64,000 bases of DNA from Dudresnaya verticillata (lineage: Eukaryota): the NCBI GenBank assembly GCA_977862235.1, contig OZ374564.1, forward strand, positions 2,108,001 through 2,172,000, read 5' to 3'. A program made the position numbers and the translations under genes. This document shows, piece by piece, positions 34,501 through 47,022 of the stretch. The first letter of the stretch is position 1; the number at the start of each line of letters is the position of its first letter. The notes under the pieces were generated by a model, which was not told the DNA's origin, ran no database searches, and was given only the letters and a program-made list of their open reading frames with translations.

Positions 34501-37500
34501 TGAGGGTACCAACTCCTGACACTGGGGTGTCGCACCAAGCAGAGAGGCTTCCGCCTCGGGTGCTGACACGGAAGGAGGACCCGAACGTAGTTAACAAATA
34601 CGCCGATAGGCGGGTAGACTCGTCACAGACGTCCTTGAAGCGCCCCTGGCGTAGGTACCAGCCCCCAAAATCCCGGGGACAGTTTTTCGTAATGGCCAAA
34701 AGGAACTACAAAGTATACGCCGATCTAGGCGTAACTGTAGGTACCTTGGCACGTACACTCACTGTCCTCGACACGGGGGCTGGTCCGAATTTCATTCGTA
34801 TTAACGATATTCCGCTAGAAGCGCGATCACGGATCGTATCCAAGAGTCTCCCCGTCATATCAGACGCTAACAACAAGGCGATTCAGACCCGGGGCACTAT
34901 CGACTTAGTCGTACGTCTCGGACGAAGGGTTGTCAAGTTGGAGTTGATCGTCTGTGAACGGCTCGCTGCGCCGGTTATACTTGGTTGCGACTTTTGCGAC
35001 CGCTTTGTCGAAGCGATTTATCCGCGGAGTCGCGAGATTGAGTTGGACGACGGGACCCGTGTCCCTATAACGCGCCGCCCGCTGCGCCGGCCCCCGTCGT
35101 ACCCCCGTTGCCAACGGAACAAGAGTACGGCACGGCCAAAGGGCGAACGTCGACCAAGATACGCGTTGCGGAACGAACAATCATCCCGCCACAGGCGCAG
35201 AAGTGGGTCTGCGTAACGACCAAGCGAGCAGGGGTCATTACCATCCAACCGTTTGGAACGTTATATGATCGGCAAGCTTTGGCCGTTACTAACGGGGTCG
35301 CTCAAGTAGAACCGCTGAGAGTGTTCCGGATTCTCGTCGCAAACTTCTCCCCGCGTCCGCAAGCGCTCGTCAAAGGACAAGTCGTCGCTACCGCGTTGCC
35401 ACATCCCACAGCAGTGTTCCCCAGTCACATAAATCTGGCCGATATCCTAGGTATCACCGAGGAGCAGGCAGAGGAGGAAGAGGCGAATCAAGATTTCCGT
35501 TTTCAAACGAATGATGGAGTAACGGCGCAGCCGGATACATTCGCTAAGTCGATCGAAGCAACTGTAGCTAAACCTCCGTCAGTGGATGAGTTGGATCTGA
35601 GTCATCTCTCAGCCGAACATCAAGGACGGCTGAAGGAGATGCTGCGCAGTACTCGTCGATGTGGGACGGTTCATTAGGAGAAATCGCAACCACGGAGCAC
35701 TATATTGACTTGCTCCCCGGCTCCAGGCCGATTTCATCCCCGCCTTACCGCGCTGGCCCAAAGCAAAGGCAACTCGCTCAAGCGGAGGTGGATCGCATGT
35801 TGCGTCAGGGTGTTATCGAACCCGCACAATCGCCTTGGGCGTCGCCGGTCGTCTTTGCTCCCAAGAAGTACGGTACACTCCGCTTCTGCGTTGACTACCG
35901 TCGCTTGAACGCGGTAACGGTACGAGATACGTACTCTCTCCCACGAATCGACGAATGTATTGACAGTCTAGGGGAATCGAACATCTTCACCACCCTAGAC
36001 TGCAATAGTGGTTACTGGCAGGTGCCCATCAACCCGCGAGATCGCGACAAGACGGTGTTCAAGTGCCATGCCGGATTGTTCCGCTACAAGCGTATGCCCT
36101 TCGGACTTACTAACGCACCGGCCACGTTTCAACGGACCCTCGATATCCTGCTTGCTGGTTACAAGTGGTGCTCATGCCTCGTCTACCTTGACGATGTGAT
36201 CATCTTCTCGAACGATATCGACAGTCACTTCCGTCATGTTGACGAGATCCTTTCGACCTTGCATCGGGCCGGGGTGACACTGGAGTTAACCAAGTGCGAC
36301 TTCTTCACCCCGACCGTCAACTATCTAGGCCATGTGATACGTCCGGGACGATTGGAAGTAGACCGTACGGTCACAGCCGCGTTACACGAAGCCAAGCATC
36401 CGCGGTACCAGAAGGAATTACGGAGCTTTCTCGGGTTGTGCAACGTCTATAGACGGTTTGTATCGCGATACGCGCATGTCGCCGCCCCCCTCAACAAATT
36501 GTTGAGGAAAGAGCAAGACTTCCGGTTACAACCGTTCACCGAGGAGCAAACTCGGGCATTCAGCACGCTTGTCGAAGCGGTGACTCACCCACCCATCCTG
36601 GCGTTGCCACAGCAAGGACTACCGTACTCCGTTGATTGTGACGCGAGTGAATACCAAGTTGGCTGCGCACTCTTTCAAACGCAGCCTGACGGCGAACGGA
36701 AACCACTCGGCTTCTGGTCACGCTCGTTAACCGCTCCGGAGCGCAACTACTCGGTATCCGAAAAGGAGTGCCTATCAGTAGTTTGGTCGATCACGACGTT
36801 GAGACCGTATCTTCAGATGGAGTCCTTCGTATTCCATACGGACCATTCATCGTTGAGGTGACTCATGGAAATCAGCGACCCCTCGGGACGGTTACTGAGA
36901 TGGCGCCTTCGCCTCTCTGAATTCGACTTCGTCGTGAAGTATTAAAAGGGATACCTGAATACTCAGGCAGATGCCCTCTCACGTCTACAGACGAACGGCG
37001 AAACTGTCGAACCAATCGACGATGATATCCCGTGTTACCACGGAAGTTGCGTGACGGACGAGGATCACTCGTAAGGGGACGGCTACGCTCGCGCAGAAAG
37101 CGATATGTCAAACGCCAAGGGCGAAGTCGATTTCTCCGAACGAGAGTTCGAGGGGTTTGACCAGATGTTGGTTACCAGCGCGCCACCGGCGGATGAAGTG
37201 CTCCTCCGTCAATTGACGCATGAAGAGTTGGTGCATGCTCAGGGCAGTGACCAATACTGTTCCGAGATCCGGAAACGTCTAGACGACGGAGAAACCCTAC
37301 CGTTTGCAACGGATGAACAGGGACTATTGGTTCGGACCGTCGAGGCCCGACCCCAAGTCGTTGTACCGTCCGCGTTACGCGTTCGATTGCTCCATCTCCG
37401 GCATCACGCTAAATTAGCAGAACATCCCGGAGGGCGGAAGCTGTACCATACGCTTCGACGCGAGTATTATTGGCCGTCTATGTCGGTGGATTGTTACGCG

Positions 37501-39237
37501 ACTGTCCGCAATTGCGTTACCTGCGCGAAGAACCGGGTACTGATGCGAAAGAACGTGAAGGAGATGAAGCTGTTCCCAGCAACCGAGCCTCTAGAGTTTT
37601 TGTCCATCGATATACTCGGGGGCTCATACGCACTAAGCGGGGGAATAAGTTCCTACTCATCATCGTGGACCGCTTCTCGAAGCTAGTCCGGACGGTTCCC
37701 TTACGTAAGATTACGGCATTAGAAATCGCTAAGGTGTTTGTTCTACACTGGGTGTTTGTGTATGGCCCACCCAAGAAGCTGCTGTCCGACAATGGGCCGC
37801 AACTTGTAGCCAAGTTGTTCCAGGACGTCTGCCGCATCTTAGGGGTGGAGCATCTCTTCACCACTACGTACCATCCGCAGTGTAACGGCCAAGTGGAACG
37901 ATTCAATCGAACCATCCTCGCCTCCCTGCGTCACTACGTAGCAGACCACCCAAGGGACTGCGATTTGTTCACCGATGCTCTGACGTTCGCGTACAATACG
38001 CAACTGCACTCGTCTGCCCACCTCGCTCCATTCGAGCTGGTGCTATCTAAGCCCCCGCGGCCCCTGTCGCTGGAAGCGGAGCCGTCGCTTGAAAGCGTAC
38101 CCACTGCCGGACAGTACTACACCAAATAGCGAACGTGGCTGTCCACATTGATGGGAACCGCTAAAGCGTCGCTCGCGAAAACTCAGGCGCGTTACAAACG
38201 GAACTTCGATACTCGTCTGAGGAAATCGAAGGAGAACATCGCTGAGGGCGACTTTGCATTCGGGTGGAAGGAATACTTCGCCCGCGGCGGGAGCACTGAT
38301 CGCTCAGAGCGCAAGCACAAGCTCGCGCCTGTGGCGGATGGACCGTATCGAGTAACTCACGTCAACGACGAGACAGTCACCGTCGACAAGGGACGTGGAG
38401 AACGCGAACGTTTATCCCGGGACCGCGTGGTATGGGCGCGAACCCCACCAGGGCACACCGCCCCCGCAACCGTGCAACCACCGGGACCACTTCACGTACC
38501 GGGGGCCCACTGCCCTCACGTCAACCGACGAAGGAGCAGGAACCCCAGACACGCCACAGGTGGACCCGGCAGGAGGCACAGGAACACCGCGAAGCACGGA
38601 CGATTCGCAGGAGCGCCTGAATGCAACGACGCGAAGTCGCGGTTTAGCAGAGCTCTCGCCCTTCGCCGCCAACCCCGACGATGGTGTCTCGCAATCCGTC
38701 TCCCACGAGGAGGAGGGTCCAGGCATCCGTACGCGAATGGGACACGCAACCTCGGCTTCGCCGGCTAGCAATGTAGGTCCCGCTTCGAGCGCATCGACTG
38801 ACGATGAGGAAGACCGCGCTAACGCGAAGGACGCCGCTAGAAGCGAGGAACCAGTACGCAAAAGCGAAGAACCACAACCCGCTACGCAAGCGCTCGGGGA
38901 ACCGACCCAGCGCCTTAGGCGATCGACTCGTCGAGTACGGTTTGCGGAACCGGTGCAGACGCCCATCACGCCACGAAGTGAACCGCCCAAGGCGTTAGAA
39001 CGGCAGGAGCCAACGTCGCCCGCTCCAAGCGAGAAGGAGTACGTTATCGAACGGGTTGAGTCGCACGCACACGCGGAAGACGGTGAGATCCTCTACCGCG
39101 TCAAGTGGTTTGGATACCCCGCTTCAGCGAATACCTCGGAACCAGTGTCCAGTCTACCGCGATCGCACATCGTGCGGTATCACCGTCAGAAGCACACGCG
39201 TCTGCCGCCAAACATCGACGACGCGCAACGCGGATAA
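34500..39237 (+). pseudogene. pol: Ty3/Gypsy pol: protease, RT, RNase H, integrase, chromodomain (multiple frameshifts and stops)
   Basis: VLDTGAG; LRFCVDYRRLN, RMPFGLTNAPATFQ, YLDD; DASEY, NYSVSEKE, HTDH; HxxxxxxH...CVTC, SDNGPQ, YHPQCNGQVERFNRT; chromodomain EYVIERV...YRVKWFGY...EP. G-rich PPT at ~39387-39393. Confidence 0.95.
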
Positions 39238-40299
39238 CCCTAATCAGGGTGGACGCTGGAAGCGAAACACACGCCACATCCTCATACGGAGTGACACGGA
39301 CGTACACTCGTTACGGACGACTGGGGCTGTAATCAACCGGATCAAGGACGATTGGGTTGGCGGCACGCGAATAGGCAACCCTCTTCGGGGGGGTCCGTAA
39401 GGACAGAACGGCTGACAGTAGTCAGAAGGCGTGGAGGAACACAGATTTCCGGGTTTTCAGAACCTGTGTCGCGAATCAGTCTGAAAAAATGCTCATGGAA
39501 CGACTATTTCTATATCGCGTTGGACTGGGCAGAGAGAGCTGAGAAGAATGGTGGAATCGGTTTTGGGATAGCATGTACGGTTGCGGAGTTATGGCGTGCC
39601 GCATATAGGGGTGAAATGTCCCGAAACTTTCGCGAAAGTTTGGAAAGTTTCGGAATTTCTGGATTAAAATTTAGCCAGAAATTGCGCTGTCCCCTGCTGC
39701 CCTTCGGGGGCGCCTGGGCGCGCACAGGCGCCTGCGCCCGTGCTCCGGCATGTCTGGCCCCGCTCGCCTCACCCCCCGGCCTGCCCTGGGCTGGGACCAA
39801 GGGCGCAGTGTCGCCCCGCACGACTGGTACTGCTTGGCCGCCAGGGTAAATCTGGAGGGTAAACCAGTCATGCGAGGCGCTCAAATACTCACGTGCTGGT
39901 ACCAGTACCACCCCTTCCCGCACGTGCGCATCATTCCACTCCGGATCCTGGACCAGTGCGGCTCACCTCGCGCAGCAGCTCCACCTCCATCGCGCGTGCC
40001 CCGCACCTCCTCTACCGCCATCGCGCGTGCGCCACACCATCTCTACCGTCATCGCGCATCTCACATCAAACTGCGCATGAGGTTCGCCACGCCTCGCCCC
40101 TGCCGCCCCCCCATCACCCTGCACCCGTAAGAACAGGCGACTCTTGCATCCACAACACGCCCTGCACTGCGCCCCCAGCCGCGGAGTCTCGTGCTGCGCA
40201 TACCGTCGCAGATGAGCCCAACAGCGAGGGAGACCTGTCCCCACCGCCGGGTGGCACGTCCCCAGCGGATGAGGCCCCCGAAACACAAGAAGAAGACGA

Positions 40300-40710
40300 C
40301 GACCAGCCAGATGACGATGGCGATGGACTGCAGAGATTTGTTTCCAATTTTTTCGCGTGGCGCGACTCCATGGTCCAGGTCTGTTCAGACCTGCACGGGA
40401 AGTCCTTAGAAGAGCTGCAGAGTGACTTCTATGTTGCCACTGAATCCACGTCCGCGTCATCTACCTTCTTTGCCAACGATGCTCGCTCGTGCAAACCCCT
40501 CTCGCGCTACCTCGCAGACTACGCCATCATTTCCACCCTTAAAGTGTAGGATTCCCTGGCAATGCAGAACGCTGCATCTTGGCTGTTTAACATGATGAAC
40601 CGCACTGGTGCTGGCTACGTCATACGGGATGATTTTATGCGTTACGCCGCGTTTATCTGACCAGTTGCGGATGCCGCGGTCGCAGGGCTTGTGTTTGACG
40701 AGCTTGTGCG
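40300..40710 (+). pseudogene. Captured host-gene fragment with an EF-hand-like motif
   Basis: Reading through stops gives WLFNMMNRTGAGYVIRDDFMRY, resembling an EF-hand helix-loop-helix. It lies just inside the left TIR. Confidence 0.4.
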
Positions 40711-41126
40711 CTAGATGACCGAGCGTGCCGCAGAAGAAGAGGCGTCAGCAGCCTTGCAGGACTCCAAACAGAACGGCCCTCACTTTTGGAGGGATAGGTC
40801 ACTGAAACTTGCGAGAAGTTAACGAGAAAGCGGAGCCAAGCCGTTGTAGAGGGCTTACGTCGACTACGACCTTTTTCATGCATGGTCAGTGCCAGTAGTG
40901 ATGCTGCATCACTTGTATGTAGAGATGCGGGCTGTGACATCGACAGCTTTCCCGTTGCTACAATGGTGACTTCTCGGTCAGCAGCCTGTCAGACAACGGG
41001 GCTCCCCCGTATACCTTTATCCACCAGCTGTTGCTCTGCGGTATAAGATATGACGCACATTCTTTCTCGCTGTTCAAGACAACTACCACTAACAAGAAGA
41101 TGACTGGCTCTGTTGCTCAACTTAAA

Positions 41127-41640
41127 CACAGATTTCCGGGTTTTCAGAATCTGTGTTCCGAATCAGTCTGAAAAAGGTGTTAATGGAATGACGATTTATA
41201 TATCGCGTTAGACTGGGGAGAGGGAGCTGAGAAGAATGGTTAAATCCGTTTTGGGGTAGTATGCACGGTTGCGGAGTTACAGCATGCCGCATATACGGGT
41301 AAATGTCCCCGAAACTTGCGTGAAAGTTTCGAAACTTTCGGAATTTCCGAATTAAAATTTATCCAGAAATTGCACTGCCGCCTGCTGCCCTCCCGGGCGC
41401 GCCTGGCAGCGCACCGACGCTCGTGCTTCAGCACGCTTGGCCCCGCCCGCCGCATCCCGGGCCCGCCCTGAGCGGTTTTCAAGGGCACAGTGCCGCCCCG
41501 CGCGACTGGTACTGCCTGACTGCCAGGGTAAATCTGGGGTAATCCAGTCGTGCGCGGTGCTCACGCACTCACGTGCTGGTACCAGTACCAATCCTTCCCA
41601 TGCCCATCATTCCACTCCAAGGTCCACTGCGGCGCGCTCC
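41127..41640 (+). repeat. Third, diverged copy of the TIR (same orientation as the left TIR)
   Basis: Starts cacagatttccgggttttcagaatctgtg and stays colinear with 39440-39960, with many substitutions. Confidence 0.9.
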
Positions 41641-42304
41641 TCGCACAGCACCTCCTCCCCGCATTCCCTATCGCATCGCGCATCAACCCCAACACGCGCC
41701 GCCGCTGCCAACATCCCCACCCCATCCCGCCGCGCACCTCGCGCACGAGCTCTACTGCGCATCATCGCGCATCAACACCAACACGCCCCGCCGCTGCGAA
41801 CGTCCCCACCCCATTTCGCACCTCGCACACGAGCTGTACTGCGCATCATCGCGCATCGCCCATCAACCCGAACACGCCTCGATGAGCGGTGCATTGCAAT
41901 TGCAGAGCCGGCGCAAAGCGTGTTGAAGTGTAGACAGGTGCCGGCTGGGTCCCAGCCAGTGTGCGGGTCCAGGTTGCAATTTGGGCTCGGTGATTTTGGG
42001 GGGAGGTTCGTGGGGAGAGGATCGATCGTATTGCGCAGGCCTTCATTTTCCGATATCTTGGCGGCGTGGAGCGCTGATGCTGCAGCCCAGGACACTTTCG
42101 GGGTAGTGGAATAGCAGAGTTGTTGGAGCCGGCGTGCTAGAGAATGTCGTAGCTGTCGGCGGCGACGGGGGGAGTTGGGATTCTAAAGAGTGCTTGCAGC
42201 TTTCTGAGCCTGTGTGTGGGCATATTGTGTGTCCGCTGACCAATTGAGACCCGGAGGAAGAGAGCCTAGACGCTGTCCATGTTTGAGACGCTTTTCAATC
42301 TTTC

Positions 42305-43300
42305 TCGTAGAGTGGAGCGAGGGGCTACTGGTTCCAATTCACAAACGCGGCTCGCGAGACGACCCAGAAAACTATAGACCAGTTTGCTTACTCTCACACC
42401 TGCGCAAGGTTGTTTACCGCGCGGTCGCCTATGAAGTCAAACGACATTTAATCCCATACGTAATGCAGCTGGGCTTCCAAGCAGGTCTCCGCACGGAAAT
42501 TGCCATTGTCCTAGCCCAACACGCCATGACGGGCGGGGATGACTACGTCGCTACTTTAGACATCAAGAGTTCAAGAGTGCATACGACCGAGTTGACCGTC
42601 TCAAACTCCTTCATCTCTGCGAACAGATACTACCTGATCACCTAACTCGTATGATCGCAGCCACCCATGATCCCCTCGCTGTAGTAACGGTAGGCTACAG
42701 CTCTCTGTGCACTGGAACAGTCCACAGAGGTGTGACACCGGGCTCTCCCCTGAGTCCAGACCTGCTTAACATCCACATCGCACCGCTAGCCGCAGAATTG
42801 TGTTCCAAGCTCCAACTTACATCAGCACGCCTTGCAAAGTCGACTTGTGGCGGACGACTGCCTTCTGCATCTCAAATCTCCACAAGAGTTAAGGAAGGCA
42901 TTAAAAATCTGCGACGATTTTGCGAAACGCAGTTGCATCACATGGTCGACAACAAAATGTCACCTCCTCCTCTGAGCCCAGCAGAAGAAGCGCGAAGCCA
43001 GACTAGCATGCCTGGAAACATGCGGCCCGCCCCTTTCACGTCGACAGTTCACGGATCACAACCGTGATACCACTGCAGCACTTAGCACCCCCTCCCCACA
43101 GCCGTTCGTTGTGCCACCCACTTTCAAGCACAGCCTTTCGAAGGCTATTAACGACGCAAAACCTGGAAAAGCTGTTGGCGTGGACAACGTACACGTGGAA
43201 ATGTTGAAGCTGACGCCCAAGCTGGCGGCCGCGCTCCTCAAAGAAGTTTGGCGACTTTGCGGCATGTAGAGTATCCTTTCTGCCGAATGCCGAAATGGAG
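42305..43300 (+). mobile_element. Decayed, rearranged non-LTR (LINE) reverse transcriptase fragments
   Basis: WSEGLLVPIHKRGSRDDPENYRPVCLLSHLRKV, QLGFQAG, LDIK and RGVTPGSPLSPDLLNI, followed by KPGKAVGVDNVHVEMLK, which is normally upstream of these motifs. Confidence 0.85.
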
Positions 43301-46300
43301 TGTCAAAGTGTCAGACTCCACAGTGTCCAGCACAGCAAGGACATTGGCGACTTGCGCGCATTCTATTCTTGCCCTGCTGTCGAAAAAAAAGCGCTGCCAC
43401 GGCCGACGTCGAGTCACACGACCAGCTTGTCGCATCCCAACACGCCGGCCTTCGTGAGCCGATGGATGGGTGCCTGGTAGAGTTGTGCTCGGCGAGACGC
43501 GCAGCCGTTAGCTGGGGCCACCGCATTGCACTGTTCTTCTTGCAGCCCGCCCCGCTTTTTCAGCGCCGTAGCTCTTGTCACCGAGCATTTCGTTGCGAGC
43601 CGTGCGCCACGTTGTCTGGAAAGCCCGATTTCTCACCGTCTATTTGTTGCATCAAGCATCTTGTATCTACGAGTTACACAAAGCTGTCATTGTCGTGGCC
43701 TGTCCAGTCGTAGAGTCCATAGCCCGCCCTGAAGAAAGCTAATAACAATGCACGTGCATAGTCGCCAGTTATCCACTCAGCCGCAACCGCGCGTGGAGAG
43801 CTCACGCCAGCAGCACAAAATGATGTCCGAGCTAAAGCCAGCTGCGGCCTGGCGAGGGGTTTCAAAACATCTCTTTTTGTGTCGTCTCAGTCACAATTGT
43901 GGACGTCTTCTTTTCCGAATATGTAAGCTTTCCCTTTATAGCCGCTGTCAACTCGAGCCACGCATGCCTTGGCCGGGTTAATGACCTTTTGCTCTGTGGT
44001 CCGTGCTTCATCAACAATCTTAAACGTTTTGGTTTCCACACATGTAAGCGTGCTCTGTATAGATGCGATGGGAACATTTTCTGTGCAACAGGGTCTTCAT
44101 CCTGCCTAGGCGCGATCCCCGCCATTCACCTGTCCCATTCCCGGAGAATGGAACGTGTAGTATGCAACAAAGTCCTGCAGTGCTTTTCTCCAAGTAGTAT
44201 CTGCGAGAACGTGTGAATAAGTCGTACTTGCAAACATGAACGGCACTAATCAACTTATTTCGTTGGGGCTTCGTGGCGTTCATCTCCTAATTGCACCCAA
44301 GTTTGAGCCCGCTGTGCACCACAAGAGCTTACTTTCGGCAACTAGGTAACACTGGAATCCTGATAATGCCCCCAACCAATCGCCTATCATCAGTAGAGCG
44401 TTACTGTGAGAAAATGGCTTCAAAGAAGCACCACAAGCCCGTGGCTGTTGGCCTCTTGTGTGAGCGGCTGTTGCCAAGGCGCCCCAGGCCGCAGTTCTGA
44501 GCTTTTTATCGACTCAAACGCATATGCATTCTTCTCTCTCGATAGAAAAAAATACTGTTGAGCCACTTGCGCTGGAATCCGTTGACAGAACAGAGCCATT
44601 ACACAGGATTTATCTCCTGAAATTTCTAGTAGCTGAAACTGGCCTGCTGGCATGACAACTCCCAAAGCTTTTTGTTCCTGGGCACATAATCACAGTCTCT
44701 TCAGTTCCATGATCCATAAGGATGCGTTGTCAAAAGGATCAAGGAAAACCATATGGCACTCTGTCGAAAGGCGACAGGCAGTAAGACTCTATGAATACGA
44801 ATCAAAAGGTGCAAGTCTGTTCCGTATTCACAACCTTATACATGTGCTGATGTGCTGTGCATCGCATCCCAGCCATGTGACATGTATGGCGACAACTGCT
44901 ATTGCAGCGGCATTGTCAGAATTGAAGGATCGAGGAAAGCCAATAGTGGTAGAAACATATTTGTCAAGCTGCGATATTCTGCGTGCAGCAATCTTCGGGA
45001 TATTCCAACGCTGTATTCCAGATCGCCGCTCTTGTGGGATTAGGCTAGACATGCGCACTGATACGCGTGCAATGCCTCTCTAGGAGAGTGAACACGGTTT
45101 AGAAGCATTATGTAACAGGTCCAACACCAACAGATACTGTCCACTTGCTTTCCGTAGAAACTTGCACCTTTCAAGGCGGCAAGCCGTCCACGCACTCATG
45201 AAACACGCTCTCGGCAAAGAACGACAGATGTCCTTGACGTCTGTACTTGTATTTGTCGATGGATACGATCAATGTACATGGTTCTGGGCTCCCGTTGAGC
45301 TGTGCGTTATTGCGCTGTGAATAGCTCTTGCAAAACAACCAGTTCAGTGCCATTGCGACTTGTTCTCGTTTTCGGCGACAAGTGGGAGAAGAACGAGCTG
45401 GTCTGCAGCTTCTTGGGTTCAGAGTCGCGACCGTCCGAACACGCATGAAAGTGAAGGGGAACTGTTTGGGGGAAGAGATGGGCCACCTTCACAATGGCTG
45501 TGTTCAAGAGACATCAAAAGACTGCAGTCCAACTACCAGGGGCTCGACTCCATCTCCACCCCCGCTCCTTTTGCCTCCTACCATTGCAGAGAATGGATTG
45601 TCGAGCCAGTGAATAGAGCATATACGAATAATGTGTGCCAGTGGCTCCACACGTCATTCCTATCCCATGTTAGGACGGTTGTGAAAAGTTTCTTCCCGCA
45701 GCTCTTTGCCGCGCCATGGGTTGATCCGTGAAAGCTTTTAGATGTGCTGTGCCCGCAATACGCCGGTCATCTTCGACAAGTTGCAATATTATCGACGTGG
45801 ACGAAGATAATCGCGGATGTGCAGAACCTTGCAAGCGGTTGTTTAACCTTTTTGCCCGTAAATTTGCGCCTCTGAAAGAGGGTCTTTGGTGCGCCGTACA
45901 ACGGGTACAGTTTTCGTTGTGCGGTACAAATAGCACAACCATCTTTGAAGATCGCATCCGGCCGAAATCGACGCACCGCTACTCATTTCCTCCTGATTCG
46001 AACGCGTGACCAAGAGCCTGCGAAATAGAGCTGAGCCCGCGGAAACTCGCAAGCTATGCTCACATTTTGGCTGACAACAGCACGGGACCCATGCACACAC
46101 GACCCGCCAGGCATGTCACGTTGGTCAGCAGGAGAGGTAGGAAGCTAGCAAGATCGCGGCAGAACTCGATGTGGGCGAGCCGAGCGGGAGCTGACAACCA
46201 GCGATGTATGTCATTGGGGTTGCTGCCAAAAACACTTTGGGGCGTGCGCCACGCTGCCGGAAGGGCGCGTCGCATCGCATTGCGTGCAAGTCATCAGACT

Positions 46301-46439
46301 GATCGGGACGACCTGCTTGCAAGAGGTGCGGCGGTCGGTGGGTGCGTTGTCAGCGGCGGCGCGGCCCGCACTCGCGCGCCGAACCGGCCGCATGTGGAAT
46401 GCGCGCGAGCGTTGCAAGGTGGAATACCCGCACTGTCTC

Positions 46440-47022
46440 GTGTCAACTTGCCCCGTACGGACGACATTCCGTCCGGGCTGACGGTGACGTGGTCGGCCTC
46501 GTCGTAAGGCCCCCCACCGACAGATTGTCCGACCTACAGAGCATGTTGGTACTGCGCCTACGCCGGCTCTCATCTTCCCGCTCCCCTAAGCTCTCTTGGG
46601 CTTCCCGCACGACCCTAGATGCCCTCTCGCGCTCGTATGACCACTCGCTTTGTAGCGCCGTTGCCTGCCCCAAGTCCGCAGCTGAGCGGCACGCCCTGCA
46701 CCTGCTATACTGGCGCCTTGACCTCCAAGGGCGACTACCTGCTCCTGTTTATACGTCTGACCGCCTTGCTCCCGCTCTGGAACTACCTGTGTCCGCTCAC
46801 CGCCATCTCGCAGTCCGCTGGCATCTGGGTACATTCCCGATCCCACCCCCCGATCCCGCTCTCGCCACATGCTTCCGAATCGCTTCCACAACGCTGGCAC
46901 TGCTGGGCCAGCCTGCCCCCACCTCGGCCACGGGACGTGACGTCTCCCAGAGCATTCAAGACATTCGCCGCGTTGGCTTTCAACGCAGTCAGCCTCCCGA
47001 CTCCACCCCTTCAATCCAATAG
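46440..47022 (+). mobile_element. Probable LINE C-terminal fragment
   Basis: LAVRWHLGTFP motif shared with ~15480-15520; lies downstream of the RT fragments. Confidence 0.4.
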
